A DNA stretch of 63,191 nucleotides, the filler included, from Chiloscyllium plagiosum (lineage: Eukaryota): the NCBI RefSeq assembly GCF_004010195.1. It is 5 parts of one record of this genome, joined end to end, with 100 filler letters (N's around TTAATTAATTAA, not from the genome) between each part and the next. Parts side by side here need not be neighbours in the genome. Positions count along the whole stretch, not along the records: positions 1 to 10,455 come from NC_057717.1; positions 10,556 to 26,698 come from NC_057717.1; 3 more parts are not named here. One strand, written 5' to 3'. This document shows positions 1-10,617 of the stretch, piece by piece; position 1 is the first letter of the stretch, and every line of letters starts with the position of its first letter. The position numbers and the translations under genes are program-made. Under the pieces are notes generated by a model that made no database searches, was not told the DNA's origin, and was given only the letters and a program-made list of their open reading frames with translations.

Positions 1-317
1 TTTAGATAGGGTCGACAGTGAGAATCGTTTTCCACGTATGGAGTCAGCTATTACAAGGGGGCATAGCTTTAAATTAACGGGGGGGTAGGTATAGGAGAGA
101 TGTTAGGGGTAGGTTCTTTACTCAGCGAGTCGTGAGCTCATGGAACTCCCTGCCAGTAGCAGTAGTGGACTCTCCCTCATTATGGGCATTTAAGCGGGCA
201 TTGGATAGGCATATGGAGGATAGTGGGCTAGTGTAGGTTAGGTGGGCTTGGATCGATGCAACATCGATGGCCGAAGGGCCTGTACTGCGCTGTATTCTTC
301 TATGTTCTATGTTCTAT
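1..317 (+). mobile_element. 3' end of a CR1-type LINE with (TATGTTC)n tail
   Basis: Typical CR1 RT C-terminal/3' UTR sequence (gggcatagctttaaatt...tggaactccctgcc...gccgaagggcctgtactgcgctgta) ending in tatgttctatgttctat. Confidence 0.85.
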
Positions 318-329
318 AATTGCTAACTT

Positions 330-2141
330 CATCCTCTTAATGTTGAGGCTTCACGAAATAAGGTTGACATGTTCGGTACTATTAAAAGTCCCTGAATCTG
401 AATAACCGCACGTAATAAAATGTGATTTTTGCAGCCTAGTAGATTGCGGAGATGTAAAGAAACAGAGAAAATACAGTACCTTTGCAATTAATCTCCAGAA
501 CCAAATGCAGACAAAATTTGGTATGACAGGGCCACCACCCGGCATCACAATTCATAGAGATCCCTTTCGTCCGTCCCTCGAATGCACTGATAAGAAATGC
601 AACCCGATATACCTCACTGTTAAAAAACCTCCTCTGAAGAATCCTTTCCTACTAGTTTAAATGCAAGTTGGCCCCTTAGTAACAACCTTAGGATTTTAAT
701 GGAAGCCCCAGTGGACGCTCTGAGGATATGCAAGAGTACGATCATTGGAAGCTACCCTGGAAGTGTTTTATTGGATGCTGTCTCCGAATAATGGTAGAGA
801 AGGGAAAACAAAAAGAACAAAAACCTTTTATCCCTCACGGTGACCCGAATTTGGTAAAAGTTATAGAAGTTAACGACTGAAGACAAACCATTGAAATAGA
901 ACCTGGATACATGGAGACAAATGTCTGGGTAGAATGGGTGTTGATATGCGGCAAAACGTCTAAATAAAAGCAATTGCTATGCATGTGCCTCGGGAAGACC
1001 GATGGCTCGTGTGGTCCCCTTTCCGCTCGGGTGGAAGCGAGATAAGACTGGTATGCTATGCATGATAGCCCTGTTCCAGAATGAGACGGCATGGGGAAAC
1101 CCTGCTTGTCGAACATTGGTGTCGATGTTTCCTGTCTTAAAGAAGGGGGAATTGAGAAAATCTCCTACATTTGCGAATGTGTAAAGAGGAATGGGACAGG
1201 TCAGTCACGATTTCTAGGAGACTTAAAGCTATGCTTGGAAGTTGAATCAGTCTCCGAGACAGAGTGGGGAAGGAACTATTCAGCCTTAAAAATACTCCGA
1301 GCGGATTTGTGGTGGTACTGTGGTGGAAAGACTTTAAGACCGACCATGCCCTCTAACTGGCGAGGCACTTGTGCAATTGTAAAATTGGCAATTCCATTTA
1401 CCTTGGCATTTGAGAAAAAGGAGGAGGTAGCAAAGAAGAATGAATGAGGCAAGAAATCGTTATTGGGTACTTCCGTTGATGACAGGATTTATCGAGACTC
1501 CATAGGGGTCCCCAGAGGGGTGCCTGACGAGTTTAAGACTCGCAATCAGAGTGCAGCAGGTTTTGAATCATCCCTATTTTGGTGGGTAACGATTAATAAA
1601 TAGGTAGAATGGATAAACTACATTTTTAATAACCAACAAAGATTTATTAAATATGCTAGAGATGCAGTCCAGGGAATTGCTGAACAGCTTAATGCCACGA
1701 GCTGTATGTCTTGAGAAACCAGACTGGCCCTCGACATGATCCGAGCCGAAAAAGGTGGTGTATGTGTAATGTTAAAAGAAAGCTGCTGTACCTTTATTCC
1801 GAATAATATAGCAAATGATGGGACAATTACTCGTGCATTGCAATGATTGACCATCCTATCAGAAGAATTGGTTAAAACATCGCTCACAGGTGGGCCAGAA
1901 TCAGGATACAAGGAGTGGAAGGAGGTAGCTACTGTTCTCACCACTTTGAGGGTTGCAGCACAGTTGGCTGTTGTATTATACCTTGCGTACAAGGCTTAAC
2001 CCAACGGATAATGAACTCTATCTCTGGAATAACAAAGAGAGGCACAATCTGGAGGAGACAGCTATAAAAAGTGAGGATGTAGAAAACAGACAGCGAAGGG
2101 AAAGTCAAAGGCTGCTACATGAATTTGAAACCAGACTGTGA
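330..2141 (+). pseudogene. env: Decayed endogenous retrovirus env (gamma-type/class I, ERV3/PABLB-like)
   Basis: CYAC (CxxC) at 975-986; ADLWWYCG..PSNWRGTCA in ORF 1091-1447; IGVPRGVPDEFK..NQ.AAGFES from 1502; ISD-like ETRLALDMIRAEKGG followed by CVMLKESCC (CX6CC) at 1763-1789; in-frame stops near 1445, 1601, 1712, 1844 and a frameshift near 1150-1190. Confidence 0.92.
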
Positions 2142-2219
2142 ACCTCCGCTTCTTAACGGGAAAAAGAGGACAGAAAAATGCAAAAACAACAAATTGTAAA
2201 AGAAAAGAAATGGGGGAGT

Positions 2220-2770
2220 TGTGAGAAATAGAAAAGTATGTTGTTTTTGCAGAAAATAAATAATGCTGGCAAGCTAAGTATTGCAATAATTAAAGCTCAA
2301 TTATTAATCTACTAGACATAGAAGAATATGTGCCATGGGAAAAGAGGAACGAAAAGCCCAGTCATCGAGATAGCTGCAAGGAGGTGGTAAGTGTAGCGAC
2401 CCCTTATCCCGTGGGAAAAGAGCAACAAGGTGAAACCACAAACGTAACATGTGATACGGGTTTTTGCAAGATGGTCAAAGAAGTATGCCGTAAGCCCAAT
2501 AAAATAGAAATCAAGTTTAATTTAGATAAAAGGGAAGTCACGTAGCCACAGGTAAAAGATGATTGGATGTTACGGGGGTGGGAGACGTGACCTCATGCAG
2601 CTGAAAGGTATAATTGATCGTGTATCCAAATGCTAATTTGCTCATTCGCTTGACAAGCTCATTTGCTTGGCAAAGCTTATGCAACCCGTACTTGCAAGTT
2701 CGTAAATAAATTGTCTTGTTTCCAGACTTTTTGGTGGTGTCAGTTAATTTTGATAATTGTGTTTCTAACA
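2220..2770 (+). mobile_element. 3' LTR of the ERV
   Basis: Preceded by polypurine tract aaaagaaaagaaatgggggag (2198-2218); starts TGTGAGAAA and ends TTTCTAACA (8/9 inverted match); AATAAA at about 2705. Confidence 0.8.
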
Positions 2771-2893
2771 ACCTATAACCCCCTGTGGGATAAGGATGGA
2801 CAAACCAGCGCCACCCCCAGTCTGTTACCATAGCGTAAGGCTGCTCCATCACTGAAACACTGAACTGAAATGAGAAAATCCCGGATGGATTGA

Positions 2894-3358
2894 TTAATGA
2901 GGGAATTTGATTGATGGATGAATTTGGGTGAAGGGATACTTCAGCACATTCTTCAGCTGCTGCCTGAACTTAGTCTGGGTCACAGCATAAATCCCGGTGT
3001 TTGTGCAGCAACTGAGGAGCTGCAGCATGAAGCCCAATTTCTGCACAAAGTAATGGAGATACACAGACTGATACCCAATCCACCACATTCGGTACCATAT
3101 AGAATACAGCATTAATGTTGACCATAACAGGATGAAATTGGCCGAGATCACAAACAGTAAAATGATGGATTTAGTTCGGTTTCTCATTTCTGTGTCAGAC
3201 TGAGCGTTCCCATTGGTGTGAGCGCGAAGTCTCCTGCGGGCTCTGCTGGTCACTAAAATGTGTCTGACGGTGAGAACATTGAGCAGCAGAATCAGGAGAA
3301 ATGGGACACACGGGGTTAGAATGTGGTGGAGGAACTCGATTGTGACCCAGACACTGGA
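2894..3358 (-). CDS. Class A GPCR, C-terminal half (TM5-TM7), GPR139/GPR142-like; 5' part lost in the N gap
   Basis: Open from the gap edge to the stop: SSVWVTIEFLHHILTPCVPFLLILLLNVLTVRHILVTSRARRRLR...SIILLFVISANFILLW...LSCCTNTGIYAVTQTKFRQQLK; three hydrophobic helices, NTGIY (NPxxY variant), helix 8 KFR. Confidence 0.85.
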   Translation of the reverse strand, partial: SSVWVTIEFLHHILTPCVPFLLILLLNVLTVRHILVTSRARRRLRAHTNGNAQSDTEMRNRTKSIILLFVISANFILLWSTLMLYSIWYRMWWIGYQSVYLHYFVQKLGFMLQLLSCCTNTGIYAVTQTKFRQQLKNVLKYPFTQIHPSIKFPH

Positions 3359-4289
3359 NNNNNNNNNNNNNNNNNNNNNNNNNNNNNNNNNNNNNNNNNN
3401 NNNNNNNNNNNNNNNNNNNNNNNNNNNNNNNNNNNNNNNNNNNNNNNNNNNNNNNNNNNNNNNNNNNNNNNNNNNNNNNNNNNNNNNNNNNNNNNNNNNN
3501 NNNNNNNNNNNNNNNNNNNNNNNNNNNNNNNNNNNNNNNNNNNNNNNNNNNNNNNNNNNNNNNNNNNNNNNNNNNNNNNNNNNNNNNNNNNNNNNNNNNN
3601 NNNNNNNNNNNNNNNNNNNNNNNNNNNNNNNNNNNNNNNNNNNNNNNNNNNNNNNNNNNNNNNNNNNNNNNNNNNNNNNNNNNNNNNNNNNNNNNNNNNN
3701 NNNNNNNNNNNNNNNNNNNNNNNNNNNNNNNNNNNNNNNNNNNNNNNNNNNNNNNNNNNNNNNNNNNNNNNNNNNNNNNNNNNNNNNNNNNNNNNNNNNN
3801 NNNNNNNNNNNNNNNNNNNNNNNNNNNNNNNNNNNNNNNNNNNNNNNNNNNNNNNNNNNNNNNNNNNNNNNNNNNNNNNNNNNNNNNNNNNNNNNNNNNN
3901 NNNNNNNNNNNNNNNNNNNNNNNNNNNNNNNNNNNNNNNNNNNNNNNNNNNNNNNNNNNNNNNNNNNNNNNNNNNNNNNNNNNNNNNNNNNNNNNNNNNN
4001 NNNNNNNNNNNNNNNNNNNNNNNNNNNNNNNNNNNNNNNNNNNNNNNNNNNNNNNNNNNNNNNNNNNNNNNNNNNNNNNNNNNNNNNNNNNNNNNNNNNN
4101 NNNNNNNNNNNNNNNNNNNNNNNNNNNNNNNNNNNNNNNNNNNNNNNNNNNNNNNNNNNNNNNNNNNNNNNNNNNNNNNNNNNNNNNNNNNNNNNNNNNN
4201 NNNNNNNNNNNNNNNNNNNNNACAGGAATGGGAACTAAAGGCATTGCCAGATCAGCTGAAATGGTTAGATATACCACCTTCTCAATCCA

Positions 4290-4860
4290 CCTCACGGAAC
4301 CAGCCCAGACACCATAAACCCAGAGTAGATATCTGTTCACCGTGGAACACTGTGCAGACCAGGCCAATGTACTGCTCAGTACAACCAAGCAATTTGAACA
4401 GAGTGGAGCACTGCACAGATCAGATCAGGGCATTGATCTATTAACACGGAACAAAAATCTGTCCATCACTGGGAGCTGTGCAGACCACATCAGGGCACTA
4501 ATGTGTGAACCTGAAACAATTATCCATCCAGCAGAAGGAGCTACACAAACCACATCATTGCAATATCTATAAACCTCAACCGTACAGTCTGACCAGCACA
4601 GCGACCTGTGCAGTGATCTCCCGTGAATTAATCTGTAAACCAAGAGAAGTTACTCTCCCAGTTTGTAGGACTGTGTACACCACCCCAGTGTATGATCTGT
4701 CACCCAGGAGCAGTTACCCTCCCAGCATGTAGAGCTGTGTGCACCACCCCAGTGCATTGATCTGTAAACCTGGTGCAGTTACCCCCAGCAATTAGAACTG
4801 TGTACACCACCCCAGTGCATTACTCAGTAACACTGTGTTAGATCCCTGCCCAGCGTGGGG
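4290..4860. repeat. Degenerate ~64-bp tandem repeat
   Basis: caccaccccagtg recurs at about 4678, 4742 and 4805; more diverged gagctgtgcagaccacatcagggca-type units upstream. Confidence 0.7.
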
Positions 4861-5561
4861 AAATTTGCAGCCCATGCTGGAAGTGACGGAATGTGCAGCT
4901 CCCATCCATTTCCAGCTCCATATCTCCATTGTGCCATGTCAAGGGAGTGCTGTGAACATCACTGCCAGAGAGAGATGGCGGGGGAATCAGTTTAAATATC
5001 ACCACATGGGAGGGGTTTGGGGTATAGACAGAGACAGATAGACTCAGAGATAGTGTCATGGNNNNNNNNNNNNNNNNNNNNNNNNNNNNNNNNNNNNNNN
5101 NNNNNNNNNNNNNNNNNNNNNNNNNNNNNNNNNNNNNNNNNNNNNNNNNNNNNNNNNNNNNNNNNNNNNNNNNNNNNNNNNNNNNNNNNNNNNNNNNNNN
5201 NNNNNNNNNNNNNNNNNNNNNNNNNNNNNNNNNNNNNNNNNNNNNNNNNNNNNNNNNNNNNNNNNNNNNNNNNNNNNNNNNNNNNNNNNNNNNNNNNNNN
5301 NNNNNNNNNNNNNNNNNNNNNNNNNNNNNNNNNNNNNNNNNNNNNNNNNNNNNNNNNNNNNNNNNNNNNNNNNNNNNNNNNNNNNNNNNNNNNNNNNNNN
5401 NNNNNNNNNNNNNNNNNNNNNNNNNNNNNNNNNNNNNNNNNNNNNNNNNNNNNNNNNNNNNNNNNNNNNNNNNNNNNNNNNNNNNNNNNNNNNNNNNNNN
5501 NNNNNNNNNNNNNNNNNNNNNNNNNNNNNNNNNNNNNNNNNNNNNNNNNNNNNNNNNNNNN

Positions 5562-8500
5562 GGGATGGTCAGGCTGGTGTTGGTGTGGAACGGCGGTGAG
5601 GGTCTGGCTGGGGGTGGATTTGGTGGTCTGTAAGCATCAGGCTGGGGGCAGTGTTGGACGACAGAGAGGGTCAGGATAGGGGCGGTGTGTTGATGGTGTT
5701 GGGGGTCAGGCATTTGACAGTGAGTGGACGGCAGTGAAGGTGAGGCTGAGGACAGTGTTGGACGGCGGTGACGGTCAGGCTGGGTGCATTGTGTTTTGTG
5801 CGGTGAGGGTCACGCTGAGGGGGTGTTGATCGGCGGTGAGAGTCAGGCTGGGGCAGTGTTGAACGGCGGTGAGGGTCAGGCTGGTGGCGGTGTGTGGACA
5901 GAGGTGGGGGTCAGGATATGGCAGTGCGTGGGCAGCTGTGGCAGGCCGACTGGGGGCGGTACGTGGATGGCGATGAGGGTGACGCTGGGGGCGGTGAGGA
6001 TCAGACTTGGGGTGATGTAGGACTGTAGTGAGGGTCAGCCTTGGGGCGATGTGTGGGCGGCGGTGATGGTTAGGCTTGGGGCAGTGTGTGCGGTAGTGAG
6101 GGTCATGCTGGGGCGGTGCATGGACGTCGGTGAGCGTCAGGCCTGAGATGGTGTGTGTATGGTGGTGAGGGTCAGGCTGGGGGCAGTGTGTGGACTGCGG
6201 TGAGGGTCTGGCTGGAGGTGGTGTGTGGGCGGCTGTGAGGGTCAGGCTGGGTGCGGAGCGTGCATGGCAGTGAGGGTCAGGCTGGGGGTGGTGTTTGGAT
6301 GGCAGTTAGGGTCAGGCTGGTGGCAGTGTGAAGACAGCGGTGAGGGTCAGACTGGGAGCGGCGTGTGGATGTTGGTAAGCATCAGGCTGGGGACGGTGTG
6401 TGGACGTCAGTGAGGGTCAGGCTGGGTGCAGTGCGTGGACGGTGCTGAGGATCAGGCTGGGGATGGTGTGTGGACGGCGATGAGGGTCAGGCTGGGGGCA
6501 GTGCGTGGACGGTGGTGAGGGTCAGGCTGGGGACGGTGATGAGTGTCAGGCTGGAGGCGGTGTGTTGTCAGCAGCGAGTTTCAGGCTGGGGGCATTGTGT
6601 GGACGGCGGTGAGTGTCAGGCTGGGGGCGGTGTGAGAACGGCGGTGAGGGTCAGACTGGGAGCAGCGTGTGGATGTCGGTGAGGGTCACGCTGTGAGCGG
6701 CAGTGAGAGTCAGGCTGGGAGCAGTGTGGAATGGCGGTGAGGATCAGGTTGGGGCTAGTGTTGAACAGCGGTGAGGGTCAGGCTGTGGGCGGTGTTGAAC
6801 GGCAGTGAGAGTCAGGCTGGGGGCATTGTGTAGACGGCAGTTAGAGTTACGCTGTGGGCGGTGTGTTGGTGGCGGTGAAAGCTAGGCTGGTGACGTTGTT
6901 GGACGGCGGTGAGGGTCAGGCTGGGGGCGGTGTGAGGACCGCAGTGAGGGTTAGAATGGGGCAGTGTGTTGATGGCGGTGAGGGTCAGACTGGGGGCGAA
7001 GTGTGGAAGGTGTTGTGGGTCAGGCTGGGGGCCGTGTCGGGGTGACGGTGAGGGTGCGGCTAGCTGCGATGTGTGGGCAGCGGTGTGTGGGCAGGATAGG
7101 GTGCTGTGTGGATGGCCGTGGGGGTCTGGCTGGGGACGGTGTGTAGATGGCGGTGAGGTTGAGACTGGGGGCGTTGTGTGGGCGGCGGTGAGGGTCAGGC
7201 TTGGGGCAGTGTGTTGTTGGGGTGAGGGTCCGGCTGGGGGCAGTGTGTGGACGGAGGTGGGGGTCAGGATCGGGCGATGTATAGACGGCTGTGGGGGTCC
7301 GGCTGGGGGTGGTGTGTGGGCGGCGGTGAAATTCTGGTTTGAGGCAGTGTGTGGGTGATGGTGATGGTCCAGCTGGGGGAAGGTGTGAAGATGGCGGTGA
7401 GCGTCAGGCTGGGAACGGTGTGTGGGCTGCGGTGAGGCTCTGGCTGGGGTTGGTGTGTGGACATGGGTGAGCGTCCGGCTGGGGACGGTTTGTGGACAAC
7501 AGTGAGGATCAGGCTGGTGTGGCGAGTGGACGACCGTGAGGGTAACGCTGGGGAAGGTGTGTAGACGGCGGTGAGGATCAAGCTGGGGACAGTGTGTGGA
7601 CGATGGTGAGGATCAGGCTGGGGAGGTGTGCGGGTGGTAGTGAGGGTCAGGCTGGAGGCAGTGTCTGGACGTCAGTGAGGGTCAGGCTGGGGGCAGTGTG
7701 TGGATGTCAGTGAGGGTCAGGCTGGGGGCAGTGTGTGGATGTCAGTGAGGGTCAGGCTGGGGACAGTGTGTGGATGTCAGTGAGGGTCAGGCTGGGGGCA
7801 GTGTGTGGATGTCAGTGAGGGTCAGGCTGGGGGCAGTGTGTGGATGTCAGTGAGGGTCAGGCTGGGGGCAGTGTGTGGATGTCAGTGAGGGTCAGGCTGG
7901 GGACAGTGTGTGGATGGCGATGAGCATAAGGCTGGGGATGGTGTGTGGACGTCGGTGAGGATCAGGCTGGGTCGTGTGTGGACGTCGGTGAGGGTCAGGC
8001 TCGGAGTGGTGCATAGACGGCGGTGAGGATCAGGCTGGGGACGGTGTGTGGACGTCGGTGAGAGTCAGGCTGGGGATGGTGTGTGGACGGCAGTGAGGAG
8101 CAGGCTGGGGAAGTGTGCGGGTAGTAGTGAGGATCAGACTGGAGGCAGTGCCTGGACGTCAGTGAGGGCCAGGCTGGGTGCGGTGCGTGGACGGCGGCGA
8201 GGGTCAGGCTGGGGACAGTATGTGGATGGCGATGAGTATCAGGCTGGGGATGATGTGTGGACATCGGTGAGGATCAGGCTCGGTCGGTGTGTGAAAGTCA
8301 GTGACGGTCAGGCTGGGAATGGTGCATAGACGGCAGTGAAGATCAGGCTGGGGACAGTGTGTGGACGTCGGTTACGGTCAGGCTGGGGGCGGTGTATGGA
8401 CGGCAGTGAGGGTCAGGCTGGGGGCGCTGTGTTGTCAGTGGTGAGGTTCAGGCTTGGGATGCTGTGTCGACGTCGGTGAGCGTCAGGCTGGGGATGGTGA

Positions 8501-8607
8501 GAGGACGGCTGTGAGGGTCAGGCGATGAAGATCAGGCTTGGGGTGGTGTGTGAACGTTGGTGAGCGTCAGGCTGGGGTCGGTCAGAGGACGGCCATGAGG
8601 GTCAGGT
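5562..8607. repeat. G-rich minisatellite, 35-bp unit (gtcagtgagggtcaggctgggggcagtgtgtggat)
   Basis: Near-identical 35-bp units at 7671, 7706, 7741 etc.; diverged units either side. Confidence 0.95.
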
Positions 8608-8629
8608 AACCCCGCCACCACACCGTTAT

Positions 8630-10455
8630 CCATCCCCACGCCAAACCCCACCCCGCCCCAATGTCCGTCCCCACCCCGATACCCGCCCCACGCCTAACGC
8701 TGCCCCCACTCCCAGCTCCAGCCCCACACAAGGTCCTAGCTCCCAGCACTGCCATGTTTTCACCATCCCTCCTAACCTCCCCCTCTCTGAGGATTTAAGA
8801 TCAGTCCTCAGCAGAGGCCTCAACTTCATCCCCCGATGCTCGCGGATTAACGAGTTCAACACAGGGCGAGATATCGAACAATTCTTCCGCCGCCTTCTCC
8901 TCCGCGTCTACTTCTCCAACGAGGATTCTTGCCCACCCTCTGACGACCCCTTCTCCCGTCTCCAACACACCCCATCCACATGGACACCCCGTGCTGGCCT
9001 CTTACCCGCCCTCGATCTCCTCATAGCCAACTGCCGCCGTGACATTGACCGCCTCAACCTGTCCACCCCTCTCACCCACTCCAACCTCTCACCCTCATAA
9101 TGTGCAACCCTCCACTCCCTCCGCTCCAACCCCAAACTCACTATCAAACTGGCAGACAAAGGAGGCGTAGTGGCAGTTTGGCGCACCAACCTTTACACCA
9201 CTGAGGCTAATTGGCAGCTCATGGACATCTCCTCCTACTGCCCCCTTGACTATGACCCCACCTCCCACCACCAAACCATCATCTCCCAGACCATCCATAA
9301 CCTCATCCCCTCAGGGGACCTCCCATCCACCGCCTCCAACCACATAGTCCCACAATCCCGCACCGTGCGTTTCTCCCTCCTGCCTAAAATCCACAAACCC
9401 GACTGCCCCGGCGGACTCATTGTCTCAGTCTGCTCCTGCCCCACCGAACTCATCTCTGCATACCTTGGCATGGACCTGTCCCCCTTAGTCCAAGAACTCC
9501 CCACCTACGTTCGGGATACCACACACGCCCTCCACCACCTCCATGATTTTCGCTTCCCCGGCCTCCAACTCCTTATCTTCACCATGGACATCCAGTCCCT
9601 ATACACGTCCATCCCATGACGAAGGCCTCAAAGCCCACTGCTTCTTCCTTTCCCGCCGAACCAACCTGTACCTTTCCACTGACACCCTCCTTCGACTGAC
9701 TGAACTGGTCCTCACTCTGAACAACTTCTCTTTCCAATCCTCCCACTTCCTCCAAACCAAAGGAGTAGCCATGGGCACCCGCATAGGCCCCAGCTATGTC
9801 TGCCTCTTCGTAGGATATGTGGAACAGTCCATCTTCTGCAGCTTCACTGGCCCCACCCCCCACCTTTTCCTCCGCTACATCGATGACTGTATTGGCGCCG
9901 CCTCGTGCTCCCACGAGGAGGATGAACAGTTCATCCACTTTACTAACACCTTCCATCCCGACATCAAGTTTACCTGGACCTTCTCAGATTACTCCCTCCC
10001 CTTCCTAGTCCTCTCCATTTCGATCTCGGATGACCGACTCAACACGGACGTCTATTATAAACCGACTGACTCCCACAGCTGCCTTGACTACACCTCCTCC
10101 CACCCTGCCCCCTGTAAAAACGCAATCCCATATTCCCAATTCCTTCACCTTCGCCGCATCTGCTCCCAGGAGGACCAGTTCCAAAACCGTACAACCCAGA
10201 TGGCCTCCTTCTTCAAAGACCGCAATTTCCCCTCAGACGTGGTTGACGATGCTATCCACCGCATCTCTTCCACTTCCCGCTCGTCTGCCCTTGAACCCCG
10301 CCCCTCCAATCGCCACCAGGACAGAACCCACTGGTTCTCACCTACCACCCCACCAACCTCCAGATACATCATATCATCCTTCGTCATTTCCGCCACCTCC
10401 AAACGGACCCCACCACCAGGGATATATTTCCCTCCCCACCCCTATCAGCATTCCG
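8630..10455 (+). mobile_element. Penelope-like retroelement, reverse transcriptase region, frameshifted, cut off by scaffold end
   Basis: ORFs 9170-9619 and 9543-10455: LPKIHKPDCPG..IVS, TMDIQSLYTSIP, QTKGVAMGTRIGPSY, FLRYIDDCIG, VYYKPTDSH..LDYTSSHP..CK.AIPYSQF. Confidence 0.93.
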
Positions 10456-10555
10456 NNNNNNNNNNNNNNNNNNNNNNNNNNNNNNNNNNNNNNNNNNNNT
10501 TAATTAATTAANNNNNNNNNNNNNNNNNNNNNNNNNNNNNNNNNNNNNNNNNNNN
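10456..10555. other. Artificial scaffold spacer (44N-TTAATTAATTAA-44N)
   Basis: Six-frame stop linker at 10500-10511 within Ns. Confidence 0.95.
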
Positions 10556-10617
10556 AGTAAACATTATCTCCTGCTGTGGAGGGGCAGCCTGTATTGGTCT
10601 GAGTGGGAACACTGAGC

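Noticed and set aside
3195..5713. Long ORFs (e.g. 397 aa, 373 aa, 291 aa) in the ORF track; likewise 21640-22326
   Set aside because: They run through N gaps; their length is an artefact
5784..8329. Gly/Val-rich and Pro/His/Thr-rich repetitive ORFs; likewise 59415-59852
   Set aside because: Translations of 34-35 bp minisatellites whose unit length is not a multiple of three
5562..8607. Resemblance to immunoglobulin switch-region repeats (GGCTGGGG)
   Set aside because: AGCT motifs are scarce and no Ig constant or J exons are visible nearby
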